Made by a program: the position numbers and the translations under genes
Assembly (NCBI GenBank): GCA_963664395.2
Contig: OY761159.2
Coordinates: forward strand, 2,784,001-2,848,000
Origin: Candidatus Binatia bacterium
Lineage (GTDB): Bacteria; Desulfobacterota; Binatia; Bin18
Reading direction: 5' to 3'
Length of the DNA stretch: 64,000 bases
Part shown: one piece after another, positions 40,731 through 50,749 of the stretch
Layout: every line of letters starts with the position of its first letter
Numbering within the stretch: position 1 is the stretch's first letter
The notes under the pieces: generated by a model
Told to the model about the DNA's origin: nothing
The model's input: the letters and a program-made list of their open reading frames with translations, nothing else
Database searches by the model: none

Positions 40731-42002
40731 ATGAAAGTGCTTGTGATTGGCAGTGGCGGACGGGAACACGCCCTGGTGTGGAAGATCCGTCAGAGCCCGC
40801 GCGTCTCGCAAATCTACTGCGCTCCCGGGAATGCCGGGATTGCTGACCATGCCGAACTGGTTGGACTTGCCGCGGACGATATTGATGGTCTGTGTGCCTT
40901 TGCTGAAAAAGAACACATTGGGCTGACTGTTGTCGGTCCTGAGTTGCCCTTAAGTCTCGGGATCGTCGATCTGTTTGAGTCGCAGGGCCTGCGCGTGTTC
41001 GGCCCGAATCGGGCGGCCGCCCAGCTCGAAGGCAGTAAAGCCTTTAGCAAAGAACTCATGCGGCAGCAGGGCGTTCCAACGGCCGCCTATGGTATTTTTA
41101 ACGACCCGGACGAAGCCAGCCGTTATCTCGAAAAAGTCGAGGCGCCGATTGTGGTCAAAGCCGACGGACTGGCCGCGGGAAAAGGCGTCCTGGTGTGTGC
41201 AACCCAGGCCGAAGCCCAAGGCGCACTCACAGCAATAATGCGCGAGCGGCAGTTTGGCGTAGCGGGCGACCGAGTGGTGATTGAAGAGTTCCTGCACGGC
41301 GAAGAGGCCTCGTTTCTCGCCTTGACAGATGGAACCCATATCCTGCCCCTGGCCTCTTCTCAGGATCACAAGCAAGTCTTTGACGAAGACCGGGGGCCGA
41401 ATACCGGTGGGATGGGAGCCTACTCGCCGGCGCCGGTCGTTACGCCGGCGTTGACTGCTCAGATTGTTCAAGACGTGCTCACGCCGGTCGTCCGGGGGCT
41501 CAAACAACGCAATATTGTGTATAAAGGCGTCCTCTACGCCGGCCTGATGATCCGTGACGGCCAGGCGAAAGTCCTCGAATTCAACGTTCGCTTTGGCGAC
41601 CCGGAATGTCAGCCGCTCATGCTCCGCCTCAAGTCAGATATCATAGAGGTCATGGAGGCCGTGATTGATGAACGCCTCGACCGGGTGACCCTCGACTGGG
41701 ATGACCGCTCCGCGGTGTGTGTCGTGCTCACGGCCGAAGGCTATCCCGGCAGCTATGAGAAGGGGCGAGAGATTGCCGGGGTAGAGCAGTTCGCGGCCTG
41801 GCAGGACGGGGCGGTTTTTCATGCCGGCACAAAACGACAGGCGAACACACTTGTCACAAATGGTGGCCGCGTGCTGGGCGTGACTGCGACCGGTACGGAT
41901 ATTAGTCAGGCAATTGCCGCGACGTATCAGGCGGTGCAACGCATCTCGTGGCCGGGCATGCACTATCGTCGGGATATTGGCCAGCGAGCAGTGGGACGCT
42001 AA
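40731..42002 (+). CDS. purD: Phosphoribosylamine-glycine ligase
   Basis: GSGGREHAL, KADGLAAGKGV, GPNTGGMGAYSP, RFGDPE. Confidence 0.98.
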   Translation: MKVLVIGSGGREHALVWKIRQSPRVSQIYCAPGNAGIADHAELVGLAADDIDGLCAFAEKEHIGLTVVGPELPLSLGIVDLFESQGLRVFGPNRAAAQLEGSKAFSKELMRQQGVPTAAYGIFNDPDEASRYLEKVEAPIVVKADGLAAGKGVLVCATQAEAQGALTAIMRERQFGVAGDRVVIEEFLHGEEASFLALTDGTHILPLASSQDHKQVFDEDRGPNTGGMGAYSPAPVVTPALTAQIVQDVLTPVVRGLKQRNIVYKGVLYAGLMIRDGQAKVLEFNVRFGDPECQPLMLRLKSDIIEVMEAVIDERLDRVTLDWDDRSAVCVVLTAEGYPGSYEKGREIAGVEQFAAWQDGAVFHAGTKRQANTLVTNGGRVLGVTATGTDISQAIAATYQAVQRISWPGMHYRRDIGQRAVGR

Positions 42003-42051
42003 TCCAGCTACTCATTCTTTTACAGCCGCCTATTCATGTAGAGGACAATAC

Positions 42052-43329
42052 ATGGTACAGATTCGTCCCTTTCGCGCGCTGCGTTATAATCCGGACGTTG
42101 TTGGAGATTTGAAAAAAGTCGTCTCCCCGCCGTATGACGTGATCAGTCCGGAACAACAAACGCTTTTACATCTTCAGAGTCCCTATAATGCAATCCATCT
42201 CGATTTCAATAAGGCAGAAGACCCCTATACGGTAGCGGCCCAGACTTTTCAGACCTGGCGGTCTCAGCGGGTTGTGCAGCCAGACCCGGAGCCGGGCTTC
42301 TACTGCTATACACAGGATTTTACGCTCACGGACGGCCAGCCACGTCGCCGCACCGGTATTTTTGCCGCGCTGCGGGTTGAAAATTTCGAGTCCGGGGTCA
42401 TCCGCCCGCACGAGCGCACATTTGAGCACGCCAAAAAAGATCGCCTCGCCCTCCTGCGGGCCTGCCAAGCGCATCTGAGTTCGATATTCTGTTTATACGC
42501 CGGTTCAGGCTGGTCTCTCGAACACACGCTCCGAGATGCACTCGCCCAGCCGGCTTCGGTTGAGATAGCGGACGCCGCGGGTGTCACCCATCGGCTGTGG
42601 CCCATTGCAGACCCGGTGGCCATTGCAGACATTACGGCCCAACTGTCAGACGCGTCGCTGATTATCGCTGACGGCCATCACCGCTATGAAACCGCGCTGC
42701 AATACAGCCGCGAGCGGACCGCAGAAACCGGCGCAGGCGAAGACAAGCCTTTTCATTACGTCTTGGCGTATTTGACGAATGCCGAGGATACAGGCCTCAC
42801 CATCCTCCCAACGCATCGGCTGATCCGGCAGACCCGTCTCCCAAATCCGACCAGTCTGCAAGCTGTCTTAAAGCGCGACTTTCGACTGGCCCGCTATGCT
42901 CCTGCCCAACGCCAGGCATTTCTCAACGCCCTTTCGGCACCCGGCCCGGAGCGGCGCATCGGTTGCGTCATGGCAGGAGCCGAGCATTACTGGCTATTAT
43001 CCTTTGATGACCGCGTGACGCATGGCCTGCCGGCATCGGCAGCACTGCGCGCCCTTGATGTCACGGTGTTACACGACGTTCTCTTCGAGCGTTTTCTCGG
43101 CTTGCCGCCGGCCGTCCAAAAGCAGGCCGTCTCGTATACGAGCGACACTGACGAGGCGCTGCAACGCGTTGCCGCAGGAGAGTCTCAGGCCGCCTTTCTC
43201 CTCCGGTCAACAACGTTTGAGCAGATTAAACAGGTGTGTGACGGAGACGAGACCATGCCGCAGAAGTCAACCTACTTCTACCCAAAGTTGTTGACCGGTC
43301 TCGTATTCTATCATCTGGGACAGGGCTAG
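42052..43329 (+). CDS. DUF1015 family protein
   Basis: IRPFRALRY, PPYDVI, PHERT, IADGHHRY, MPQKSTYFYPK. Confidence 0.92.
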   Translation: MVQIRPFRALRYNPDVVGDLKKVVSPPYDVISPEQQTLLHLQSPYNAIHLDFNKAEDPYTVAAQTFQTWRSQRVVQPDPEPGFYCYTQDFTLTDGQPRRRTGIFAALRVENFESGVIRPHERTFEHAKKDRLALLRACQAHLSSIFCLYAGSGWSLEHTLRDALAQPASVEIADAAGVTHRLWPIADPVAIADITAQLSDASLIIADGHHRYETALQYSRERTAETGAGEDKPFHYVLAYLTNAEDTGLTILPTHRLIRQTRLPNPTSLQAVLKRDFRLARYAPAQRQAFLNALSAPGPERRIGCVMAGAEHYWLLSFDDRVTHGLPASAALRALDVTVLHDVLFERFLGLPPAVQKQAVSYTSDTDEALQRVAAGESQAAFLLRSTTFEQIKQVCDGDETMPQKSTYFYPKLLTGLVFYHLGQG

Positions 43330-43345
43330 TTGCAGGAAGAGTCGC

Positions 43346-43978
43346 TTAGAATCGTCCGCCGCCTCCTCCTCCGCCGCCGCCGCCAAACCGACGTCGTTCC
43401 GGCGGACGCGCGGCGTTGATCTTCAAGATCCGCCCAAGGATTTCTTGGCCGTTGAATTTTTCAATGACCGCGTCAGCCTCTTCTTTCGAGCCCATTTCAA
43501 CAAACGCGAAGCCCTTCGATTGCCCGGAGAATCGGTCAGACACAACGCTCACCGAACTGACCGTACCGACCTCGGCGAAAGCTTTTTCCAAGTCGGTGTT
43601 TCCGGCAGAGTAGGGCAGGTTGCCGACAAAGAGCCTCGTGCCGGATGAAGACCGGGGTTGGGAGGGCGGGCGGCCCGCAGGTGTGAAAGGTCTCCCACGG
43701 CCGCTATCACGAGCCGGCATGGAACCACCGCGACCGGGTTTTACCTCATTGACAGTTAAGGCTTGTCCGTCGACTTCTTTGCCATTCAGACCTGTGATTG
43801 CAGCCTGAGCTGCTGCTTCCGTCTCCATTTCGATAAAGCCGAACCCCCGAGACAAGCCGGTGGCGGGGTCGGTTATGAGTTCGGCAGACTGAAGGCTACC
43901 AAATGGAGTGAATAAGTCTTCGATCTCAGGGAAGCAGAGCAAAGGGGATAAATTACCAATGTACAGTTTAACGGCCAA
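43346..43978 (-). CDS. RNA-binding protein with two RRM domains and Gly-rich tail
   Basis: LYIGNL/RGFGFIEM and LFVGNL/KGFAFVEM. Confidence 0.9.
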   Translation of the reverse strand: MAVKLYIGNLSPLLCFPEIEDLFTPFGSLQSAELITDPATGLSRGFGFIEMETEAAAQAAITGLNGKEVDGQALTVNEVKPGRGGSMPARDSGRGRPFTPAGRPPSQPRSSSGTRLFVGNLPYSAGNTDLEKAFAEVGTVSSVSVVSDRFSGQSKGFAFVEMGSKEEADAVIEKFNGQEILGRILKINAARPPERRRFGGGGGGGGGGRF

Positions 43979-44254
43979 AAATGGATCTCCTCTCTTCTCG
44001 TTCCGTCTCGCTTCTCTCTATACGTCCTGTCGCGCCTGAGGCATACACAAAGGCCCCGCAAACCCAGGGGTGGGCTCTCGCCCTCGAACAATGCTCGGAC
44101 CAGTTTTCCTGTTATAACATTACGTAGGCGAAAAGGAAGGTAGCAAATTCTCGTTTTGATTACAATGAAAAAGAAAAAAGAGGAATTTATTGTCCCCCTA
44201 CCCATGAGATGATAGCATCCTTATTCTCGGCATAACAATACGCTTTGGCATAAC

Positions 44255-45178
44255 ATGGACACACAAGATCCGACCCATAGCCCCGCACTCTCGGCGGTTA
44301 TCCTGAGCGGTGGAAAAAGCGCGCGCATGGGGAGGACGAAGGCCCTTCTCCCATTTGGCGAAAGGCCCCTTATCGCTCACCTGATCCAGCGTCTGTCCCA
44401 ACGCTTTTCCGATATCGTTGTAGTCGCCGCGCCGGACCAGACACTTCCGTCCTTACCGGTCACTCTCGTTCATGATGAAGTGGCCCATCAGGGGCCGGTC
44501 GGAGGCATGTACTACGGCCTGCGAGCGATACGCGGCACGGCAGCCTTCGTCACGTCGTGCGATACCCCCTTTCTCCAGCTTCCTTTCATCGACTATCTCA
44601 TCTCGCAGCTTGACCACAACAGCCATGTCTATGATGTGGTCGTCCCCTTTTGGCAAAACCGGCTTCAGCCGCTTCACGCCGTGTATCGCCGGCGCGTCGT
44701 CCCCTATTTACAAGAACAACTCGCTGCCCAACGCCTCCGCCCGGTCTATTTGTATGACGCGGTGCCAACCCGAAAAGTGGTCCCGGAGGAGATCAAACGC
44801 TTTGACCCCGAGGGGCTCAGTTTCCTCAATATGAATACGGAGGCTGACTACCAAGCGGCGCTGGTTCGTTGGCGTCATCTCTATACCCGAATCTCCTGCA
44901 CAGTTGAGTTATTCGGTGTAGCGCGCCTCAGAGCAAACAGCCCACACGTCTCGCTGACGCTCTCGGCTGGGGCAACGCTCGAGGATGCGCTGACTGTATT
45001 AGGGGCGGAATGTCCTGCGCTCTTGGGTTCGGTGCTGTCTGCGGATGACACGGGACACGCCCGCTTACAGAGCGGATATGCGTGTAATATAAATGGGAAA
45101 GATTTCGTTCGAGACGCGCACACCCGTATCCAGGAAGGGGACAATCTGCTGCTCTTGTCGAGCGATGCAGGCGGATAA
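44255..45178 (+). CDS. MobA-like molybdenum cofactor guanylyltransferase fused to MoaD/ThiS ubiquitin-like domain
   Basis: ILSGGKSARMG, GPVGG, CDTP, FLNMNT; C-terminal VELFGVAR...SDAGG. Confidence 0.88.
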   Translation: MDTQDPTHSPALSAVILSGGKSARMGRTKALLPFGERPLIAHLIQRLSQRFSDIVVVAAPDQTLPSLPVTLVHDEVAHQGPVGGMYYGLRAIRGTAAFVTSCDTPFLQLPFIDYLISQLDHNSHVYDVVVPFWQNRLQPLHAVYRRRVVPYLQEQLAAQRLRPVYLYDAVPTRKVVPEEIKRFDPEGLSFLNMNTEADYQAALVRWRHLYTRISCTVELFGVARLRANSPHVSLTLSAGATLEDALTVLGAECPALLGSVLSADDTGHARLQSGYACNINGKDFVRDAHTRIQEGDNLLLLSSDAGG

Positions 45179-45181
45179 ACC

Positions 45182-46984
45182 ATGTACGGGTTCCACGGCC
45201 GTCTGCTCCATATAGACCTCACGACGCAGTCATATACCTGGCAGGATATCGCCGCGTCTCGTCTCACGGCAGTGCTGGGCGGTGTCGGCCTTGGCGCGGC
45301 TTTGCTGTACGACTTCGCACCACCTCAAGTGGAGCCGCTCTCCGCCGAGAATCCGCTCATTTTCACCAGCGCGCCGCTTGTCGGAACAGGCCTCACCACA
45401 ACCGCCAAGTATGCAGTTGTCACCAAGTCTCCCCTCACTGGCTTTATTGCGGATTCACTTTCTTCCAGTTTTTTTGCCTTGGAGCTCAAGCGGACCGGAG
45501 TTGATGCGCTCGTGATTACCGGCGCGGCCGAGCAGCCCACGTATCTCCAGATAACGGACCGCGGAGTTCAATTTAGAGATGCGGCTCATCTCTGGGGAAC
45601 GAGTGCAGCTGAAACGGAAGCCACCGTTCAGAGAGAACTCCACGCTGAAGAGGATACACAAGTCCGTGTGGCTGCCATTGGTCGAGCAGGGGAGAACCTC
45701 GTTCGTTTTGCAACCCTCAGCAACGAAGGTCGGCATGCCGGACGGGGTGGCATCGGGGCGGTTTTCGGCGCCAAGAAGCTCAAGGCCGTTGCCCTGCGTG
45801 GTCATCACCGCATTGCCGTGGCTGATAAAAATGAAGTGGAAAAGATCGCGGCCTCATTACGCGAGCGGAGTGTTGGGCCACACACGGCGAAGTACCGCGA
45901 AATTGGGACGGTCGCAAATCTGGCCGTCTTTAATCGCTTGGGCAGTCTCCCTACCCATAACTTTCAATACGCAACATTCTCGCAGGCAGAATCACTGAGT
46001 GGAGAAGCGCTCATCACAAACAGTTTCAGCCGCAGGCATGGCTGTGCCTCGTGCACGATCCGCTGTGAGCGCCTGTTTCGGTCCCTCGACGGAGAAGAAC
46101 AACGGCTTGAATATGAAACCCTCTTCGCATTCGGCCCGCTCTGCGGCATCGGCAAGCCGGACGATGTGCTGCGTGCCGCCCGGCTGTGCGATCAGTACGG
46201 CCTGGATACCATCAGTACCGGCGGCACCATTGCCTGGGCGTTGGAATGCGCGGAAAAAGGTCTCTTACCTGAAGGACACGCAGCGGGCCTGTCCTTTGGC
46301 AATGCCGAGGCAATTCTCGCCCTTATTCCAGACATTGCGCACAAAAAGGGACTGGGAGCGCTCTTGGCCGAGGGCTCGCGTCGGGCCGCGGCAGCCCTCG
46401 GTACTGAAGCAGAGGCGGTCGCCATACACGTCAAAGGCATGGAGCTACCAGGCTACGAGCCACGCAGCCTCAAGACCATGGCGCTCGGTTTGGCGGTCAG
46501 CCCACGTGGAGCCTGCCACAACCGCTCAGGGGCCTATGAGGCGGATTTCTCAGGACAAGTAGATCGTCTGCAAGCCGATGCGGGTCGTGGAGCGCTCGTG
46601 GCGGCGTCCGAAGATTTTTCTGCCGTATTGGACTCACTGATTGTGTGTAAATTTTTGCGCAAGTGTTTTGATGATTTCTACGCCGAAGCAGCTCACCTTG
46701 TGAGCGCAGTGACGGGTTGGGATTGTACCGGCGCAGACCTCAGGCAGGTTGGCGAACGTGTCAATACAATCAAGAAACTTTTTAATGTGCGTGCGGGGTG
46801 GCAATCCGAGGACGACTGGCTGCCTCCCCGCCTCTTAACGGAGCCGCTGTCTGGCGGCATTGCTCAGGGTGTGAGCCTGACAGCTGATGAGCTACGCCTG
46901 ATGATTCAAAGCTATTATGCAGCCCGAGACTGGAACGAGCAGGGGTTTGTCGGGGAGGAGAAAAAGCGAGCGTTAGGTCTCTGA
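45182..46984 (+). CDS. Aldehyde:ferredoxin oxidoreductase (AOR family)
   Basis: KSPLTG, AGRGGIGAVFGAKKLKA, CASCTIRC, EYET, GLDTIS, RGACH. Confidence 0.93.
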   Translation: MYGFHGRLLHIDLTTQSYTWQDIAASRLTAVLGGVGLGAALLYDFAPPQVEPLSAENPLIFTSAPLVGTGLTTTAKYAVVTKSPLTGFIADSLSSSFFALELKRTGVDALVITGAAEQPTYLQITDRGVQFRDAAHLWGTSAAETEATVQRELHAEEDTQVRVAAIGRAGENLVRFATLSNEGRHAGRGGIGAVFGAKKLKAVALRGHHRIAVADKNEVEKIAASLRERSVGPHTAKYREIGTVANLAVFNRLGSLPTHNFQYATFSQAESLSGEALITNSFSRRHGCASCTIRCERLFRSLDGEEQRLEYETLFAFGPLCGIGKPDDVLRAARLCDQYGLDTISTGGTIAWALECAEKGLLPEGHAAGLSFGNAEAILALIPDIAHKKGLGALLAEGSRRAAAALGTEAEAVAIHVKGMELPGYEPRSLKTMALGLAVSPRGACHNRSGAYEADFSGQVDRLQADAGRGALVAASEDFSAVLDSLIVCKFLRKCFDDFYAEAAHLVSAVTGWDCTGADLRQVGERVNTIKKLFNVRAGWQSEDDWLPPRLLTEPLSGGIAQGVSLTADELRLMIQSYYAARDWNEQGFVGEEKKRALGL

Positions 46985-47029
46985 GATAATGCCAAAAACA
47001 GAAAAACTGAAGGTAGTGAGTTCTTTATT

Positions 47030-47401
47030 ATGTACGAATCAAAAAATGTCTTAGGCGAAACGCTTCAGGTGTGTAACTCGCGCCCGTTAACCGGTTTTTA
47101 TCGGGATGGTTGTTGCAACACCGGCAAAGAAGACGTCGGGCTGCACACCGTGTGTACACAAGTCACCAAAGAGTTTTTGGAATTCTCCAAGGCCAAAGGC
47201 AATGATCTGAGTACGCCCCGCCCGGAGCTCGGCTTTTACGGACTCCAGCCCGGAGATTGTTGGTGTCTGTGTGCGCTACGCTGGAAAGAAGCCTATGAAG
47301 CGGGAGCCGCGCCAGTGATTCTACTAGCGTCCACCCACGCGACGACTCTCGAATATATTCCCTTGCAACTGCTGAAGGAGCACGCCCGGGACCTGCATTA
47401 G
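47030..47401 (+). CDS. DUF2237 family protein
   Basis: NVLGE, TGFYRDGCC, GNDLSTP, WCLCALRW. Confidence 0.92.
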   Translation: MYESKNVLGETLQVCNSRPLTGFYRDGCCNTGKEDVGLHTVCTQVTKEFLEFSKAKGNDLSTPRPELGFYGLQPGDCWCLCALRWKEAYEAGAAPVILLASTHATTLEYIPLQLLKEHARDLH

Positions 47402-47580
47402 AGCGAGTCTCCCGACGGGCGAGTGCTCGGTGGTAGCCCTGCCCGCTATCCCCTCCAGGGAGGGAATTATATACCACGTTACCCAGCCCCCGGAAGATTC
47501 GGATCACCCTCCATAGCCCAGCGTTATTTCTTGTCAAAAAGCCGCAAGAACTTCAGACGCTTACCAGACTAAGGGGGGAT

Positions 47581-47790
47581 ATGATGAGAGAAATACGACA
47601 AGTCCCGGACACTTCAAAGCAGGAACAAGAACCGGGGCATCTTCATCTTAGGATTCCGCCAGAGAGCGACCCGTACATGACACGCTCAGAGGTTGACGGT
47701 CTCATTACAGATCGGCTGATGCAGTTCCACAAGGGCCTTGTGGAACGAGGGCAAATTCCGCCTATTCGTCCAAAAACAAAGGATGATTAA
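47581..47790 (+). CDS. Small conserved cassette-end protein
   Basis: MTRSEVDGLITDRLMQFHKGLVERGQIPPI; paralog of 14710-14919. Confidence 0.75.
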   Translation: MMREIRQVPDTSKQEQEPGHLHLRIPPESDPYMTRSEVDGLITDRLMQFHKGLVERGQIPPIRPKTKDD

Positions 47791-47889
47791 ACCAGACCAG
47801 ATAACCGACTACGGGTCCTGCCCATTACAGCCGAGGGGGGATTCACACTCGGGGTTTCCCTCGATGATGTCATTCTCCTCCCGTAGGCG

Positions 47890-48057
47890 TTTCACTACGG
47901 CACCTATCACAAGATGAGCATTAAGCATTTGAGCCGGTATGTGAACGAATTTGCGGGGCGGTACAACGTCCGGCCCTTGGACACGATCACACAAATGGCT
48001 ATGGTGGCGCGGGGCTTGGTAGGGAAGCGGCTGCGGTATCAGGATTTGATTGGGTAG
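47890..48057 (+). pseudogene. IS1595 transposase C-terminal remnant
   Basis: YGTYHKMSIKHLSRYVNEFAGRYN...GKRLRYQDLIG*. Confidence 0.85.
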
Positions 48058-48066
48058 CGAGGCGTT

Positions 48067-49560
48067 ATGGCAGAGCCGAACTGGAAAAATCAAACCATTT
48101 GGACGAGGGATTGTCTCGATATTATGCGGGGGATGAATGCCGAATCGGTAGACCTCCTTTACCTTGATCCCCCGTTTAATTCCAATGCGAATTATGCGGC
48201 TCCGATAGGGAGCAAAGCGGCAGGTGCGGCGTTTCGGGATACGTGGGGCTTAGACGATATTAACCTGGCCTGGCATGGCGAGATTAAGCACAATTCTCCA
48301 GGACTCTATGCGCTGTTGACGGCAACCCGTGAGATACATGGCGACTCCATGATGAGCTACCTGATTTATATGGCGATTCGGATCATGGAGATGAGAAGAT
48401 TGTTGAAGCCCACAGGTTCGATCTACTTACACTGCGATCCGACCGCGAGCCACTACCTAAAACTGTTGATGGATGCCGTGTTCGGAGCAGACAGGTTCCG
48501 GTCGGATATTAGTTGGAAGAGGAGTAGTGCACACAGTGACACCAAGCAGGGGCGGAAACAACACGGCAGAATTCATGACACCCTTTTGCATTACACTCGT
48601 GGAAAATCATGGACGTGGAACCCCGTATATACAGAATATGGCCGGGATTATGTTGAAGAATTCTACAAACACAGGGACCAAGAGACGGGGAGACGCTACC
48701 GTAAGGATAACTTGACTGCGGCCAAACCAGGAGGCGACACGAGCTATCACTGGCGCGTGAAACGGCCCGTTGGTGGCGAGTGGCAAGCCGATCTCGACGG
48801 GGAATGGAAAAATCCGCTTGCGGGATGGGAATACCGGGGGGCTCCACCCTACAAGAATCGCTATTGGGCGTATTCCAAGCAAAATATGCGTGACTTTGCA
48901 TACCAAGGACGGCTTGTCTATGCGCGGACAGGGATGCCGAACTATAAGCGTTTTCTGGATGAAATGCCGGGAGTCCCATTACAGGACTTTTGGGCGGACA
49001 TTAGACCGATTGGATCGAAAGCCCGAGAGCGGACAGACTACCCAACCCAAAAACCTAAAGTTCTCCTAGAGCGGATTATTCAATCAAGTTCCAACACAGG
49101 GGATATGATTCTCGACCCGTTCTGTGGATGTGCCACGGCATGTGTGGCCGCCCAAAGTTTAGGCCGACAATGGGTTGGGATTGATATTTCTTCAAAGGCG
49201 GCTGACCTCGTGCAGTCTCGCATGCGGGAAGAATTAGGATTGTTTTTTCAAGGCTCGCACCGCAAGGATGTTCCAACCCGCACGGACCTTGGCAAAGTCA
49301 TTCGATACAATGACCCGCGCAACAAGAAGTATTTGTATGGCGAGCAAGGGGGTTACTGTAATGGGTGCGAGGAGCATTTTCAGATACAGCATTTCCACGT
49401 CGATCATATTATTGCCAAGTCTCTGGGCGGGACAGACCATATCAGCAACTTGCAACTGCTGTGTGGGAGTTGCAACACGATTAAGGGAACGAAATCACAG
49501 GAAGCCTTGATTGTCGCCTTGACGGACAAGGGCTATCTCAAGCGGAAGATGGCGGCATAA
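48067..49560 (+). CDS. N6/N4 DNA methyltransferase fused to C-terminal HNH endonuclease
   Basis: YLDPPF, YPTQKP, ILDPFCGCATA; CNGC...HVDHII...GGTDHISNLQLLCGSCN. Confidence 0.92.
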   Translation: MAEPNWKNQTIWTRDCLDIMRGMNAESVDLLYLDPPFNSNANYAAPIGSKAAGAAFRDTWGLDDINLAWHGEIKHNSPGLYALLTATREIHGDSMMSYLIYMAIRIMEMRRLLKPTGSIYLHCDPTASHYLKLLMDAVFGADRFRSDISWKRSSAHSDTKQGRKQHGRIHDTLLHYTRGKSWTWNPVYTEYGRDYVEEFYKHRDQETGRRYRKDNLTAAKPGGDTSYHWRVKRPVGGEWQADLDGEWKNPLAGWEYRGAPPYKNRYWAYSKQNMRDFAYQGRLVYARTGMPNYKRFLDEMPGVPLQDFWADIRPIGSKARERTDYPTQKPKVLLERIIQSSSNTGDMILDPFCGCATACVAAQSLGRQWVGIDISSKAADLVQSRMREELGLFFQGSHRKDVPTRTDLGKVIRYNDPRNKKYLYGEQGGYCNGCEEHFQIQHFHVDHIIAKSLGGTDHISNLQLLCGSCNTIKGTKSQEALIVALTDKGYLKRKMAA

Positions 49561-49668
49561 AGAGGGGAAGCATGAAGAAAAAGAAGGCACCTCTTTCAGG
49601 GCTTGAACCGATTGGCCAGACCCCAGCGAGCAGACACCATTTCTAATGAAGGTATAAGGTAAATACGT

Positions 49669-50406
49669 ATGGGGGAAAAAGAAAAGGGACTAAAAGAGTT
49701 GGAAATCTTTAATCATTTCGCCTCCTTATCTGGATTGCGCATTGTACCAGGTACAGCGAAGAAGAGAGAGCCGCCTGAGCCGGACATTGTTTGTGAGGTA
49801 GAGGGTTTTAGGGGAGCAAGAGAAAAAGTCGGGTTCGAGCTTACGGAGTTGAGAAGCGAAGACCTGAGTGAAATAGACGGCAGGCAAGAAAAATATACAA
49901 GGAAGTTTAAGGAGTGGAAGGAGGGGGGAAGGGTAGGGAAAGCTCCACAGTTAGAAATGAGAGAAAAACACACAAAAGCTTTCTGGATGGATGAGCAAAA
50001 TGATGTTGTGAAACGTCTTCTTACGGAGAAATTTAAGAAACCTTATGAAGGGGAGTATCCGAAGGAACTGATTGTTTATGAGATGGGGAACAGTTTTTTA
50101 CCAGTTGATGTGATGCTTCCGACCATTGGGGAGCATCTTGTTGAATGTCGGACCTTTGGAGTGTTTAGGAAAGTGTGGTTTTTTTGCCGTAAAAACAGTC
50201 TCGAAGAAAGGAGTCCTTTTTACGCAGATGTCAGTTCCATTGCACGGGACAAGATACGTAAGCTGGACCAAATTCCACCCGGTAAGAAGCCGTGCTCTTT
50301 TTGTATGACCCCTCTTGATCCTCCTTTGCCAGGTGCTCCAGCCTACTTTTGCAGCTCCTTATGTCTGGACAGGAAGAATCGTGGAGAAGATTGGATGCCT
50401 CACTGA
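49669..50406 (+). CDS. Hypothetical protein, PD-(D/E)xK-like N-terminus and C-terminal Zn finger
   Basis: EPPEPDIVC...GFELTEL; CSFC...FCSSLC. Confidence 0.6.
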   Translation: MGEKEKGLKELEIFNHFASLSGLRIVPGTAKKREPPEPDIVCEVEGFRGAREKVGFELTELRSEDLSEIDGRQEKYTRKFKEWKEGGRVGKAPQLEMREKHTKAFWMDEQNDVVKRLLTEKFKKPYEGEYPKELIVYEMGNSFLPVDVMLPTIGEHLVECRTFGVFRKVWFFCRKNSLEERSPFYADVSSIARDKIRKLDQIPPGKKPCSFCMTPLDPPLPGAPAYFCSSLCLDRKNRGEDWMPH

Positions 50407-50691
50407 AAATTTGTTGAACTTGCGTCATAACTTACGCACTCTCCCCCATTTTTGCTATATTAAAGTATGAATAGGAAGAACGCCTGCTGCCTGTGGCCTG
50501 CGGGTAACGTGGTATATAATTCCCTCTCGGGAGGGGTGCCGCGTAGCGGCGGGGTGGGTTCCTCTGGTGTAGTATCCGGCGAGAGGGGATAGCCGTAGAA
50601 GCTTTTCCGTTTTGTCTACTCATCTTCTATGACGGCTTGGGCCATTGTATAGAAGAGCCAACACCCCGACCTATTCTGCCCTTAGCGTCGA

Positions 50692-50722
50692 TGTCGGGTT
50701 ACGCTCCGCTAACCCGACCTAC
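50692..50722. repeat. GTAG-type REP palindrome
   Basis: tgtcgggttacgctccgctaacccgacctac (minus strand begins GTAG). Confidence 0.7.
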
Positions 50723-50749
50723 TAGATTGCTGCTCAGTAAGTCGTTCGG

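Larger units (their letters stand above)
47462..50524. mobile_element. Non-autonomous IS1595-derived cassette carrying MTase-HNH
   Basis: IRs gggaattatataccacgttaccc...gggtaacgtggtatataattccc. Flanks tccaggga / tctcggga (6/8 match). Only a transposase tail remains. Confidence 0.9.
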
